A stretch of DNA of 63,264 nucleotides, filler included, from Octopus bimaculoides (lineage: Eukaryota): the NCBI RefSeq assembly GCF_001194135.2. It is 6 parts of 6 records of this genome, joined end to end, with 100 filler letters (N's around TTAATTAATTAA, not from the genome) between each part and the next. Parts side by side here need not be neighbours in the genome. Positions count along the whole stretch, not along the records: positions 1 to 4,881 come from NC_068996.1; positions 4,982 to 18,772 come from NC_069006.1; 4 more parts are not named here. One strand, 5' to 3'. Both the position numbers and the translations under genes were made by a program. Within the stretch, counting starts at the first letter, position 1. Each line of letters starts with the position of its first letter. The notes under the pieces are model-generated. The model had not been told where the DNA came from, did not search any database, and saw only the letters and a program-made list of their open reading frames with translations. Shown piece after piece: positions 1 to 14,832 of this stretch.

Positions 1-250
1 TATATATATATGTATATATCTATATATATATGTATATATCTATATATATATGTATATATCTATATATATATGTATATATCTATATATATATGTATATATC
101 TATATATATATGTATATATCTATATATATATGTATATATCTATATATATATATGTATATATACATGTATATGTGTATATGTATATTTATATATATTTGTA
201 TGTTTATATGTATATATACATGTATATGCATATATATATGTATGTGTGTC

Positions 251-329
<79 letters not shown>

Positions 330-420
330 TTGTATATAATGTATATATATATGTATATATGTATGTATGTACATATATATAATAATGCAAATAATATATA
401 TATATATATATGTGTGTATA
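1..420. repeat. Compound AT-rich microsatellite; ~7 copies of a 20-nt unit (TATATATATATGTATATATC) grading into (TA)n/(TG)n
   Basis: Unit read directly; YI/IY-repeat ORFs in the track are artefacts of it. Confidence 0.95.
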
Positions 421-439
421 TGTACAAACTGTAAACAAC

Positions 440-3175
440 ATGAAATACGAAAACAAAAAAATTGAATATATAAACGAGAGAAACAAATGGAAAACAAGAC
501 AAGTAACATAAAGAACGACATTTCATCAGTCTGTCGGCTATCTCTCTACTTTGGAACAAAATCTACCCCAACGAAGGAAACAACCACACTTAGAAAAGTC
601 TATATCCCGGCACAAATCTGCAGAAAAGAAGGCCAGACAGAATTCATATGCGGATGCAGTACAAGATGCAGCGGGTGGGCAAGAAAATTTTTTAAGTGTG
701 GGACAGGAAATAGTGCAACGGTTGTCATGGCTACAGACAAAACTGAGCTATGTACCCTTGCACACAAGACTGCTACAATTGATGAACCCTGGTTGGTCAC
801 CACTGCCAACAAATTACCTAACACACCAGCACCAATGCCATTTCTACTGATGAACACAAGAGGCCTGCTTCAGAACAACTGCAAATGCAAATTTGAGCAC
901 ATGTAGAGTTTTCCTGCATGTAATCAAGCTATATGCATTACACTTACAAAAACACATCTCACTGCAGAGATAAATGATGCGGAGTTACACATACCACTGT
1001 ATGCTATCTTCCGTACAGACAGAAGAAAAAGAAATCATGGTGGAGTTGCAATGTACATCCACAAAGAAGTCACACCATTAACCTTGTTATCGAACTCGAA
1101 CTCGGTGTGTGACACACTCATAGTACATCTAAAGCAACTTGATATAGTGATATGCACACTATATCACTATATTGCACTGAGGTATCTCAGTGCGATAAAA
1201 GAAGTACTAACACAATTGGATCAACGTACTACTATATTTCTGATGGGGGAGTTCAAGTCACCCAACATCAGGTGGCCTGAGGGCAATATAACTCCAGGAA
1301 TGACGCACAAAGAGCGAAATCAAGCAGAATCTCTATTTAATCTTACGAAAATGCTATTCATGGAGCAGGTCATACTCTCTCCAACCAGGCACAAAAATAT
1401 CCTGGACCTCTGTTTTTTTCAAACAACGTGGAAATTATCCATAACGTAAATATATCACCGACAATATTCTCAGACCATAACATGATAGAACTGACAATAT
1501 GTGGCCGGAATTAACTAAAGATAAACCCTGCACAGATGGCGCTCAAACCCTATCGAGTCTAAATCTTTATAAGGCTGACTGGAAGTCATTTGAAAAACAG
1601 ATACTCTAGCAGGACTGGCCTAAAAGCCTCTCTATGCAAGACATAGATATGAAACTCAATAAATTCATGTCAATAATGCGAGCCACATGCATTAAATATG
1701 TCCCAGAGAAGGGAGCCAGTACACACAAAAACATCATTCCCCGAGACAGGAGAATACTCATGCGGTGGAGCATAAAGATCTCGAATCATTAAACCAACAC
1801 CTTAATGACAGTGTAAAATCCGGCCTGACAGAGGAACTCTTCGAGATAAAAAATAAACTCAAAATCTCTCATGAAAAAGAAAGAGAGGAAAGAGAAANNN
1901 NNNNNNNNNNNNNNNNNNNNNNNNNNNNNNNNNNNNNNNNNNNNNNNNNNNNNNNNNNNNNNNNNNNNNNNNNNNNNNNNNNNNNNNNNNNNNNNNNNNN
2001 NNNNNNNNNNNNNNNNNNNNNNNNNNNNNNNNNNNNNNNNNNNNNNNNNNNNNNNNNNNNNNNNNNNNNNNNNNNNNNNNNNNNNNNNNNNNNNNNNNNN
2101 NNNNNNNNNNNNNNNNNNNNNNNNNNNNNNNNNNNNNNNNNNNNNNNNNNNNNNNNNNNNNNNNNCTTTCACTTTTCCGCTGGAAAATATGTAAATAAAC
2201 AAACCGAAGGAGTTTTTCAATGTAACGAATCTATCCAGAAAAGAGGCAACCATCGATTACATCAACTTAACAGAAGAGGATGTAATATCGGCCATTGGTG
2301 AGATGAGATCAAACTGAGCAACAAGCCCAGATGGACTCCCGGCTGTTCTCTTAAAGACATGTAAAAAAGGCTCTAGCAAAACCACTGCAGACACTCATTC
2401 TTGTTACCTTGCATGTAGTAAACATCCCAACATGCTAATAGAGGGTATAATATGCTCTGTCCATAAAGGAGGGAGCAGAGCAGATGCTAAAATCTACAGG
2501 CCTATCTCTCTGACCGCACATGTCAGCAAGACAATGGAACGCAGTGTCAGAAAAGGGCTGATCACGTTCCTAGAAGAAAACAACCTTCTTACAAACACGC
2601 AACATGGCTTCCGTCCAGAGGGGAGCTGCCTTACACAGTTGCTGCAGCACTTTGACTGGGTACTGAAGCAATAGCTAAACCTGTCAGCTGTAGACGTGAT
2701 ATACCTTGATTTTGCCAAGGCTTTCGACAAGGTTGACCTTGGCATGATATTTCACAAACTGCGAAACCTTGGTATTACCGGAAAACTGAGAGAGTGGCTG
2801 CTTGATTTTTTTGAAGGGCAGGAGTCAGACAGTTGTAGCCAATGGTGCTCACTCTGAAGAGAAGCCAATTCTCTGTGGAGTTCCACAGGGAACTATTTGT
2901 GGTGGCCCTCTCAGACATGCCTCCACACTACAGTCAGCGAATCTGACCAGTTGTACTGATGATACAAAAGTATCGCTGGCAGTTAGGAACCCAGAGGGAC
3001 ATCATAAAACTGCAGAAAGACCTGAACGAAATCTACGAATGGGCTAAAAATAACATAGAGTTCAATGCTATGAAATTTCAGGCACTCCACTATCGGCCCA
3101 ACACCAGGCTAAAATCGGAATACATGGATATATATATATATAAAAGAAGTGAGGACCGAAATCCTTCAAAGCTAT
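440..3175 (+). mobile_element. Degenerate CR1/Jockey-group LINE (APE endonuclease + reverse transcriptase), frameshifted, interrupted by an N gap
   Basis: APE motifs LLMNTRGL (~850), FRTDRRKRNHGGVAMY, LMGEFKSPNIRW, PTRHKNILDL, SDHNMI; RT motifs YRPISLTAHVSKTMER, QHGFRPEGSCLTQLL, DFAKAFDKVD, CGVPQG across several frames; boundaries approximate. Confidence 0.88.
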
Positions 3176-4833
3176 GTCAAACATACAAGTCTGCCGGGCA
3201 AGTGTAACATTATTTTGTTTGTTATTCCCTAATTAAGAAGTAACTTAGGTGGGGCGGTGTGCAAATTGTTTTTAAAGCACTTTAATAAGAAAAAGTAGAT
3301 ATGAGATNNNNNNNNNNNNNNNNNNNNNNNNNNNNNNNNNNNNNNNNNNNNNNNNNNNNNNNNNNNNNNNNNNNNNNNNNNNNNNNNNNNNNNNNNNNNN
3401 NNNNNNNNNNNNNNNNNNNNNNNNNNNNNNNNNNNNNNNNNNNNNNNNNNNNNNNNNNNNNNNNNNNNNNNNNNNNNNNNNNNNNNNNNNNNNNNNNNNN
3501 NNNNNNNNNNNNNNNNNNNNNNNNNNNNNNNNNNNNNNNNNNNNNNNNNNNNNNNNNNNNNNNNNNNNNNNNNNNNNNNNNNNNNNNNNNNNNNNNNNNN
3601 NNNNNNNNNNNNNNNNNNNNNNNNNNNNNNNNNNNNNNNNNNNNNNNNNNNNNNNNNNNNNNNNNNNNNNNNNNNNNNNNNNNNNNNNNNNNNNNNNNNN
3701 NNNNNNNNNNNNNNNNNNNNNNNNNNNNNNNNNNNNNNNNNNNNNNNNNNNNNNNNNNNNNNNNNNNNNNNNNNNNNNNNNNNNNNNNNNNNNNNNNNNN
3801 NNNNNNNNNNNNNNNNNNNNNNNNNNNNNNNNNNNNNNNNNNNNNNNNNNNNNNNNNNNNNNNNNNNNNNNNNNNNNNNNNNNNNNNNNNNNNNNNNNNN
3901 NNNNNNNNNNNNNNNNNNNNNNNNNNNNNNNNNNNNNNNNNNNNNNNNNNNNNNNNNNNNNNNNNNNNNNNNNNNNNNNNNNNNNNNNNNNNNNNNNNNN
4001 NNNNNNNNNNNNNNNNNNNNNNNNNNNNNNNNNNNNNNNNNNNNNNNNNNNNNNNNNNNNNNNNNNCATAAGAATAAATGCATGTTTAAGAATTTTAAAT
4101 AAGTTTGTCTATTATAAGTGTTTTATTAGATGATTTATTTGGTGCGTTTTCAGAGTTTGATAATTTCAGTTTCACCTTTTGGATTTTAACTACTCTAGTT
4201 GGTTCCTCTAGCTTAAAAAAAAAAAAAAACAAAGCAAAAAATTTAATTTTAAGATATTGTAAGTATTTTAATTTTGGTCATCTGTGTTGTGAGACGGTGG
4301 ATTTTTAGATTTAATTCATTTAATTATCTTACTACGGTTTTGTTATTTCTATATTTATTAATTAGATGACCCCGTGCCGTTCATAATTGATGGCTAATTG
4401 TTATTTAAACAAGATTCAAAATGAAGTACAGAACAATCACAGATAAAAGCATTCAAATATTTCCCAATCACACACATATAAACACATACTCAAACAAATT
4501 TGGAATGATCTCAGTTTTTATCTTCCGAGATATACGTTGCCATTACGCACGCATGGAAACATTTCCATTACGCACGCACACACTCACACATACACACAAA
4601 CATTCACATACCTCCTGCTTTCATATACACACCTATACACATATACTCACACAAAGTTGAATGGCTGTCTTTTACTTTATTTACCCCTTCTTTTCTCATT
4701 CATATGTTCAGAAAAGAAGATACACTCCGCGTTCTTCTTTCTCAAACGGTCATTACTTTCTCTAACTCTCTCAGTCATGGGTATTACTCTGTCTTCACTG
4801 TATTATTTTTTCTCTCCTCTCCCTTCACTGATA

Positions 4834-4881
<48 letters not shown>

Positions 4882-5882
4882 NNNNNNNNNNNNNNNNNNN
4901 NNNNNNNNNNNNNNNNNNNNNNNNNTTAATTAATTAANNNNNNNNNNNNNNNNNNNNNNNNNNNNNNNNNNNNNNNNNNNNCCGCCTACCAAATCCATTG
5001 TTCCTACATAAGTAGACGTTAAAATATAATTATATACGAAAATACTTTCGCTCAATGCAAGCAAAACGTCTGAAACCAGGAAAATACGAGGCGATATCAA
5101 AACATTCCTGGACTAGTTCTGTATCACGCTGACAGCTGGCAGCACAGTGTCCAATGAGAGCTAGCAATGACCTTCATGAGTCAGTGTGTTGAATGACATC
5201 GCGGTGTTTAATTTGCAAGCTGGCAAATTTGTGCTTTTGTAATCACGTTTCCCATCTACCAAATCTACTTACAAAACCTTGGTTTCCGTCAACCAAATTG
5301 ACTGATATGACTTTGGCTTCCATCTACCAAATCCGCTCACACTTTTTTTAGTTGCTCTCTGACAAATCCACGCAGAAGTCTATGTTATATATAGAAGCAA
5401 ATTTGATTTGTTCTAATGAAAGCGTAGAACCTGAAGTCACTAGCGATATTCTGCGGTGAGAAAATATAAATTACAAATGATGAATATATTATTTTGCCGC
5501 AAGGAAGGCAGGATAGCATTCATATCCTGAAGCCGAATTAATATATTCCACTTAACGAACTGTTTGTACTTAATTTGCTATATTCCTCTCACCTCTATCT
5601 CACACCTGACCGTCTGCCAATATGAAAGATCAATACTTTCTGACACTTGAACTTTTTCACAATTTATGTACCAAGTAGAAAGATATTCCAATATTCCAAT
5701 ATTTCCGTATTGACGCTTCAGTATATTGCTTTAATAGTTACGCATTGTTTTGTATTTTCATTTAGTTTATATCGCCTAAAATAGCATCGTAGATTAAAGG
5801 TTTTCAACGAGGCAATCACTTTCCGATGACTGGCGAAGAGCACAGCGGAATGTCTGTGTGGAAGTCGCGCGGAACAAACAAG

Positions 5883-6221
5883 ACTCTTTTTTTTACTTGT
5901 TTCAGTCATTTGACTGCGGCCATGCTGGAGCACCGCCTTTAGTCGAGCAAATCGACCCCGGGACTTATTCTTTGTAAGCCTAGTACTTATTCCATCGTTC
6001 TCTTTTGCCGAACCGCTAAGTGACGGGTACATAAAGACACCAGCATCGGTTGTCAAGCAATACTAGGAGGACAATCACAGACACAAAAACATACACACAC
6101 ACACACACACACACGCACGCGCCCGAGGCTACAGTAGTAGACACTTGCCCAAGGTGCCACACAGTGTGACTGAACCCGGAACCATGTGGTTGGTAAGCAA
6201 GCTACTTACCACACAGCCACT
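5883..6221 (-). mobile_element. tRNA-derived SINE, family A (octopus OK/OR-type), internally deleted copy
   Basis: Minus strand starts AGTGGCTGTGTGGTAAGTAGC...CCGGGTTCAGTC (A/B-box-like head); >10 related copies in window. Confidence 0.85.
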
Positions 6222-6414
6222 AGGAATTTCTGCTGAAAAATACCGGTTTGTGGCCGTCTTTCTCGTTGGTTTTTAAAACATTCGCCGATGTAAATGGCAG
6301 AATGACATACTTAGATACGTATATACATTCATACATAAATATATGCATACAGACATATAGACATATTCACAGACGTATATGCGTAAATACGTTCATACAT
6401 AAATGTTCATACGT

Positions 6415-6445
6415 ACATACTACTACTACTACTACTACTACTAAA

Positions 6446-6484
<39 letters not shown>

Positions 6485-6632
6485 GTTGCCGCTGCTGCTG
6501 CTGCAACTGCTACTATTACGTCCACCACCACCACTACAACCAACGCAACTACCACCACTACTACTACAACGACGGCGAGGACGACGACCACAACTACTAC
6601 TACTACTACTACTACTACTATTACTAATACTG

Positions 6633-6670
<38 letters not shown>

Positions 6671-6686
6671 GCTGCTACTACTGCTG

Positions 6687-6723
<37 letters not shown>

Positions 6724-6744
6724 ACCTGCTCCTCTTCCTTCTCT

Positions 6745-6775
<31 letters not shown>

Positions 6776-6779
6776 GTTG

Positions 6780-6820
<41 letters not shown>

Positions 6821-6824
6821 GTTG

Positions 6825-6874
<50 letters not shown>

Positions 6875-6945
6875 GCTGCTGCTGCTACTACTACTACCAC
6901 TGTTGCTGCTGCCGCTGCCGCCGCTGCCGCTGCTGCTGCTGCCCG
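6415..6945. repeat. Compound trinucleotide repeat (TAC)n/(TGC)n/(CAC)n
   Basis: Read directly; explains the poly-T, poly-S, poly-V and poly-L ORFs. Confidence 0.95.
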
Positions 6946-7262
6946 TTATATCCACTACTGCAGCTGTTACTATTGGTGCTTGTTATTTTTGCATGTGATT
7001 TCGTTACCCTTTTACTCGTTATTGCTGATGTTCCTGTTGCTGTCGTTGTTATGGAGATGTGCCACGACAGCTGTTACTCTGTTCCTCCTGAGCACTTTAA
7101 TAAGGCAACTGAAAACGCTGTGGCCCACACTGAAGACTTTTTGTGGAAATAGGGAAACGACCAACCCATTAATGTTTGGTGAACCCCACCAACCCTACGC
7201 CCCAAAACTCTTACATCACCATTAGTTTGCTCACACGCTGGGTCCTTCTTCTTCCGTGTATG

Positions 7263-7309
<47 letters not shown>

Positions 7310-7918
7310 NNNNNNNNNNNNNNNNNNNNNNNNNNNNNNNNNNNNNNNNNNNNNNNNNNNNNNNNNNNNNNNNNNNNNNNNNNNNNNNNNNNNNNNNNNN
7401 NNNNNNNNNNNNNNNNNNNNNNNNNNNNNNNNNNNNNNNNNNNNNNNNNNNNNNNNNNNNNNNNNNNNNNNNNNNNNNNNNNNNNNNNNNNNNNNNNNNN
7501 NNNNNNNNNNNNNNNNNNNNNNNNNNNNNNNNNNNNNNNNNNNNNNNNNNNNNNNNNNNNNNNNNNNNNNNNNNNNNNNNNNNNNNNNNNNNNNNNNNNN
7601 NNNNNNNNNNNNNNNNNNNNNNNNNNNNNNNNNNNNNNNNNNNNNNNNNNNNNNNNNNNNNNNNNNNNNNNNNNNNNNNNNNNNNNNNNNNNNNNNNNNN
7701 NNNNNNNNNNNNNNNNNNNNNNNNNNNNNNNNNNNNNNNNNNNNNNNNNNNNNNNNNNNNNNNNNNNNNNNNNNNNNNNNNNNNNNNNNNNNNNNNNNNN
7801 NNNNNNNNNNNNNNNNNNNNNNNNNNNNNNNNNNNNNNNNNNNNNNNNNNNNNNNNNNNNNNNNNNNNNNNNNNNNNNNNNNNNNNNNNNNNNNNNNNNN
7901 NNNNNNNNNNNNNNNNNN

Positions 7919-7963
<45 letters not shown>

Positions 7964-8609
7964 GTATCTATCAATATATGATATATATGTGTGTGTGTAT
8001 ATGAGTGTGTATGTATATATATATATATATGTAGGTAAAGAAATTTACACGCACATACACAAATGTTTGTAACACTGTTGATTCCACTGGTTTGACTGGT
8101 ACTGCTCAGGGATCAAAACCGTTGTGGTATTGCATTTCCTGTGTACAGTAAGATGTAGTGGTAGTAGTAGTAGTAGTGGTGGTGGTGGTGGTGGTGGTGG
8201 AGTCGTTGTAATAGTAGTAGTAGTAAGATGTAATTTTAGCGGACCGATAGAATATGTACCAAGCCTTAAACGGTAAAGTAATTATTGAAGTAAATTCTTC
8301 GACTAAAATTCTTCAAGACTGCACTTTAATGACTGCAACAGGTCAGATGTAAAAGATAATGGTGTATTTTGCTTGAGATTTTCCAAGAGATTTCTTATCT
8401 GTCCTCATTTCGGAAACGTACTACCTGAGTGCGATGTCCGAAGAATTTATACTTTGGCACGAAACTAGTAAGTACCGGGGAGTGGGTAAGTAAAGACGGA
8501 CGAAATGCCGCTAAGCATTTTGTCCGGCGTGCTGCCGATTCTGCGAGATGGCCGCCTTCCGAAGAATGTATATTAGCTTCCAATTTCGGCGCGAGGCTAA
8601 TAATTACAG

Positions 8610-8750
8610 GGGAGGGGGCTAAGTAGATTTCATCAACCCCCAGCCCTCGGCTGGTACTTATTTTATTGATCCCGAAAAAATAAACAGCAAAATCGACCTC
8701 GGCAGGATTTGAACTCAGAACGTACAGACAGACAAAATACCGCTAAGCAA
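8610..8750 (-). mobile_element. SINE family B fragment
   Basis: Reverse complement of the family B core (ttctgagttcaaat...gaggtcgat...taagtaccag) seen intact at 27923-28148. Confidence 0.7.
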
Positions 8751-8784
8751 ATCATTATTGTTACTCGTTTCACTCATTTATCTG

Positions 8785-9365
8785 CGCACATGCTGGAGCA
8801 CCGCCTTAAAGGGTTTTAGTTTAAAAAGAAATCGTCCTCAGAACATTTTTCTTTGTAAGCCTAGTATTTATTCTCTCGGTTTCTTTGATAGAACCGCTAA
8901 TTTGCAGGGACATAAACACACCATCATTTGTTGTCAAGTGATGGCAGGGGTACAAACACAGACACACACACACACAAAAATAAATAAATAAATATATATA
9001 TATANNNNNNNNNNNNNNNNNNNNNNNNNNNNNNNNNNNNNNNNNNNNNNNNNNNNNNNNNNNNNNNNNNNNNNNNNNNNNNNNNNNNNNNNNNNNNNNN
9101 NNNNNNNNNNNNNNNNNNNNNNNNNNNNNNNNNNNNNNNNNNNNNNNNNNNNNNNNNNNNNNNNNNNNNNNNNNNNNNNNNNNNNNNNNNNNNNNNNNNN
9201 NNNNNNNNNNNNNNNNNNNNNNNNNNNNNNNNNNNNNNNNNNNNNNNNNNNNNNNNNNNNNNNNNNNNNNNNNNNNNNNNNNNNNNNNNNNNNNNNNNNN
9301 NNNNNNNNNNNNNNNNNNNNNNNNNNNNNNNNNNNNNNNNNNNNNNNNNNNNNNNNNNNNNNNNN

Positions 9366-9421
<56 letters not shown>

Positions 9422-9550
9422 GGCGGGCTTCTTTCAGTTTCTGTCAATCAAATCCGTTTACAATGCTTTGGTCGGCCCGAGGCTATAGTCACGCAGAATC
9501 CGGAACCATGTGGTTGGAAAGCAAGCTTCTTACCACACAGCCACGCCTGC
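8785..9550 (-). mobile_element. SINE family A copy spanning an N gap
   Basis: 3' module catgctggagcaccgcc before the gap, head portion ggtcggcccgaggctatag...cttaccacacagccac after it. Confidence 0.75.
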
Positions 9551-9984
9551 GCCTAAAATCCAAATAACCTGAGTCACACGCCATAGAAACTGGCCAATCA
9601 ACCTTAAGAGCCCGAAAGTTCGAGAAAACAAAAAAATATATATAAAAAAAACAAAAAATCTCAACGCAAGTGCTAAGAATGTTTATATACAAAGAATAGA
9701 CAAGGTCGAAAACTGCATGAAATAATGTTTAATTAATGTTTTCAAATTCTTTTTCTCATAGCAGCATTATAAGTCTCACTCACTTTTCTACTAATTATCT
9801 TAACTAGGTTTGTCCTGCCCTCACGGTACAACACACGCGTACACTCGTAGTTAGTCAGTTAGGCTTTCGCTCCTCCTCGTTTATTTAGATTAAAAATTTT
9901 TTTTTGTTCCTCTCGTAGACTCATCACGCATATTTATGTTGTTAACGTAGCGTGTTTTTATAAACGCTTAGAGTATTTGTCTGA

Positions 9985-10044
<60 letters not shown>

Positions 10045-10273
10045 GCCTGTCTCTCTCTCTCTGTCTATACACACGCAATCATGTGTGCGTATCTACCCCG
10101 CTTATATCATTCATGAAACGTACGTCCTCAGAAGGAGAAAAAAAAGAACACAATTTTAAAACATGGAAAAGATGAAAAAAATAAGTCACCCTTCTCCACT
10201 ATATTCTTTCTCCTTTTCCTTCAGTGTAACAACAGCAACAACAACAAGAAAATATATAGATGCAGTTATTGTG

Positions 10274-10306
<33 letters not shown>

Positions 10307-11524
10307 NNNNNNNNNNNNNNNNNNNNNNNNNNNNNNNNNNNNNNNNNNNNNNNNNNNNNNNNNNNNNNNNNNNNNNNNNNNNNNNNNNNNNNNNNNNNNN
10401 NNNNNNNNNNNNNNNNNNNNNNNNNNNNNNNNNNNNNNNNNNNNNNNNNNNNNNNNNNNNNNNNNNNNNNNNNNNNNNNNNNNNNNNNNNNNNNNNNNNN
10501 NNNNNNNNNNNNNNNNNNNNNNNNNNNNNNNNNNNNNNNNNNNNNNNNNNNNNNNNNNNNNNNNNNNNNNNNNNNNNNNNNNNNNNNNNNNNNNNNNNNN
10601 NNNNNNNNNNNNNNNNNNNNNNNNNNNNNNNNNNNNNNNNNNNNNNNNNNNNNNNNNNNNNNNNNNNNNNNNNNNNNNNNNNNNNNNNNNNNNNNNNNNN
10701 NNNNNNNNNNNNNNNNNNNNNNNNNNNNNNNNNNNNNNNNNNNNNNNNNNNNNNNNNNNNNNNNNNNNNNNNNNNNNNNNNNNNNNNNNNNNNNNNNNNN
10801 NNNNNNNNNNNNNNNNNNNNNNNNNNNNNNNNNNNNNNNNNNNNNNNNNNNNNNNNNNNNNNNNNNNNNNNNNNNNNNNNNNNNNNNNNNNNNNNNNNNN
10901 NNNNNNNNNNNNNNNNNNNNNNNNNNNNNNNNNNNNNNNNNNNNNNNNNNNNNNNNNNNNNNNNNNNNNNTATATATATATATATATATATCTACACGCA
11001 TATTATATAAATATATATAGGCATACAATTCTGTTTCTCTTTACATATATAACAATATCTACACAGACATGCACTCACACACACACGAGCACAACAACAA
11101 CAACAACAGCAACAACAACCGCTTTAAAAACTTAATAGAAAACACTAACACGAAGTTAACACCGTCAGCCATTCGTAGAAGGACGGCCACAACACATCTG
11201 TGATAATAAATGCAACTTTATACTTCGCTTACTCCGAATAGGAACCAATTAAAGACTCCACTGTCGTTACAAGGGGGGGGGGGTTCCCGGTATTTTTTTG
11301 TGTTTAATTTCTATTTGTTACTGTATGTTTTGTTGACTTTTGTAGTTGTTTTGTTTTTCTTTTGGGTTTTTTTTTTTCATTTCGAGTTTCGTTGGTTTTT
11401 GTTCCTCGTGTTGTTATTGTAGTTGATATCGTTGTTACTGTTGTTGATGTTGGTGTTGTTGTTGTTGTTACTGTGGTATAATTTGCCGTTTTCTTTTCTC
11501 AGTATTTTTTAAATCTTTACTATA

Positions 11525-11556
11525 GGTATGTATGTATGTATATATGTATCTATCTG

Positions 11557-11621
<65 letters not shown>

Positions 11622-11626
11622 ATACT

Positions 11627-11662
<36 letters not shown>

Positions 11663-12261
11663 NNNNNNNNNNNNNNNNNNNNNNNNNNNNNNNNNNNNNN
11701 NNNNNNNNNNNNNNNNNNNNNNNNNNNNNNNNNNNNNNNNNNNNNNNNNNNNNNNNNNNNNNNNNNNNNNNNNNNNNNNNNNNNNNNNNNNNNNNNNNNN
11801 NNNNNNNNNNNNNNNNNNNNNNNNNNNNNNNNNNNNNNNNNNNNNNNNNNNNNNNNNNNNNNNNNNNNNNNNNNNNNNNNNNNNNNNNNNNNNNNNNNNN
11901 NNNNNNNNNNNNNNNNNNNNNNNNNNNNNNNNNNNNNNNNNNNNNNNNNNNNNNNNNNNNNNNNNNNNNNNNNNNNNNNNNNNNNNNNNNNNNNNNNNNN
12001 NNNNNNNNNNNNNNNNNNNNNNNNNNNNNNNNNNNNNNNNNNNNNNNNNNNNNNNNNNNNNNNNNNNNNNNNNNNNNNNNNNNNNNNNNNNNNNNNNTTG
12101 GTGTTGTTGGTGTTGTAGCTGTTGATTTTGTTCTAGCCTGACATGCTCCAATTTAAAAGTGAAACTTCTAAAGTCAGTTATAATGAAGATATGCTTAACA
12201 GATGAAGGCTAGCGTTAGCGAGATATAGACGGTGTCATATGGAGATAGCGGATGAGATAGG

Positions 12262-12312
<51 letters not shown>

Positions 12313-12580
12313 GTAGGTAGGTAGGTAGATAGATAGACAGGCAGATATATAGATAGATAACAGACAGACAGACAGGCAGATATATAGATAGATATGTAGA
12401 TAAGTTAGGTAGGTAGGTAGGTAGGTAGGTAGACAGGCAGACAAACGGACATGTAGATAGATAGATAGACAGGTAGGCAGGTAGGTTGAGAGATTGGTAA
12501 GTGTATGGATGTATGTATGTGGGTAGGTAGGTAGACAGACAGACGGACATGATGACAAATAGACAGATAGATATATAGAC
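11525..12580. repeat. (TATC)n and (GATA)n/(GGTA)n tetranucleotide arrays flanking a gap
   Basis: Read directly. Confidence 0.9.
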
Positions 12581-12828
12581 ATAAACGTGTATATTTCTGA
12601 GTGTATGTGAATTTACATATACTAATAATTATATATAGATATGTAAGAGTTAATATACTTGTAAGTATGCATAAATGTTCTATCCATCTATCTATCTATC
12701 TATCTATCTTTTTTTCCCCCGATCCCTTTTGATCGGAATTTTACTTTTGATTTTCTCATCTTTCTCCATCATTTTCATTTTCGAAAAGAAAAGCTCTAAA
12801 TTTGTATTTGTCCCCTCTGTGTTCAGCC

Positions 12829-12864
<36 letters not shown>

Positions 12865-14785
12865 GGCTGAACACAGAGGGGACAAATACAAATTTATANN
12901 NNNNNNNNNNNNNNNNNNNNNNNNNNNNNNNNNNNNNNNNNNNNNNNNNNNNNNNNNNNNNNNNNNNNNNNNNNNNNNNNNNNNNNNNNNNNNNNNNNNN
13001 NNNNNNNNNNNNNNNNNNNNNNNNNNNNNNNNNNNNNNNNNNNNNNNNNNNNNNNNNNNNNNNNNNNNNNNNNNNNNNNNNNNNNNNNNNNNNNNNNNNN
13101 NNNNNNNNNNNNNNNNNNNNNNNNNNNNNNNNNNNNNNNNNNNNNNNNNNNNNNNNNNNNNNNNNNNNNNNNNNNNNNNNNNNNNNNNNNNNNNNNNNNN
13201 NNNNNNNNNNNNNNNNNNNNNNNNNNNNNNNNNNNNNNNNNNNNCCAACATCTCAGGCCTTGTGCTTATAATGCAAAGAATATTTTGATAATTTTGCTAA
13301 GTTTTTTGAAAAAACAATTATTATATTATTTTATGAGAATTTTTATGGCAAATATAATACATAAATACGTTAAACAATGAGATAAATGTCTAGAAAAGTC
13401 TTTTATGTAAGACAATAATTTATTTTGGCCTAATTAATTTATAATTCCTATAATAAAATTTAGAGGGCATTAAAACAGTGACGTAGAATGATAAAGAATA
13501 ATGAAGCAAAAGAAATCAATACAGTGAATAAAATATTTCTTCCATTATGGACATTTTGTTGAGAATAAATAACTGACCTTCATTGATCTTGTTTTAGTCG
13601 TTAGACTACGGCCATGCTGGGGCACCGCCTTGAAGAATTCTAGTCGAACGAATCGACCCCAGTACTAATTTAAGCGTATCTCTACAGATCTTCAGTAGAA
13701 GGAAGAGTCCACACTGAAAGTTACTACGTTTCCTATACGAACACGTGTATGTAAACAATGCAATCGTAGATAGAAAGAGAGAAACTGTTTTTCTAATCCG
13801 TATTTCGAGCAATTCACGATAAAGGTACGCCTTCGGTAAAACAGTTGCTCCCGCAAAGCAAATTAAACAAAATTTGGGATTTTGCGGAGAGTCAATGTAT
13901 GCATGTATATGTATACAAGCAGCCATTACTCCCCAGAGATACCAGGAACCTCTCGCTGAATGTACAGAATTCAGACGATCAGAATTAGACATCAGCGACT
14001 TCCAGAAACCGTGGATCTACGATCTGTAATGACGTTGACGATGTTTATGCTGGTCACAAAAGTTTTATGGTATCCATACACAAGCAATTCCCATTATACA
14101 CACACATACGTAGTTATATACATAGAGGTTGGTTTAGTTTATAATTTTGGCTTTTTATTTCCATTAGTTCTTTCCACTTTTGCAGTATCTTTTTCATGTA
14201 TATCGTTTTCCTTTACCGCGTCGCTCTTTTTCGATGTGACGCTAAGTTTCGCCCGAGCGTATAAAACAAAGGGAAACTAAAGATTACCCAGCACTGCTCG
14301 CGACGCTACACACCTGAAGGCGTGCAGGCACACAGCTAGTGTTGCATCATAAAGCAAAAATATGTATAATATCCGCAACACATATCCGAGAAACGATTGT
14401 AGCGATTTTGCATTAGAGCATGTTCATTCCGTCTATTTGCATTAAACTACTTACATATAGAATGAAGCTGTCGAGTTCAGAAACGATGTTTTCTCTTCTT
14501 CATATTCTGTATTCTGTATGCTTTATGTAAATATATATATGTGTGTGTATGTGTGTATATATATATATATATGCAAGTATGTGTGTGTAAATGTATATAT
14601 GTGTTGACTTTTATGAATATATGTTGTTATATGTATCTGTGTATATCAAAGTTTATGTCTCTCTCTCCCTCTTTCTCTCTCGCTCTCTCTCTGTCGAGCC
14701 TATTTGTGTTTATCTGCATGAGTATCTGTATTTACGCATACTTACATATACATACACACACACATATATATACACACACATATTT

Positions 14786-14832
<47 letters not shown>

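Noticed and set aside
6248-7225. Long poly-Thr/poly-Ser/poly-Val ORFs resembling a mucin
   Set aside because: All frames are open only because of the (TAC)n repeat; no signal peptide, splice context or domain
12797-12896. Perfect ~40-bp inverted repeat around a (TA)n run
   Set aside because: Zero mismatches, centred on a self-complementary microsatellite and ending at a gap: most likely an assembler fold-back
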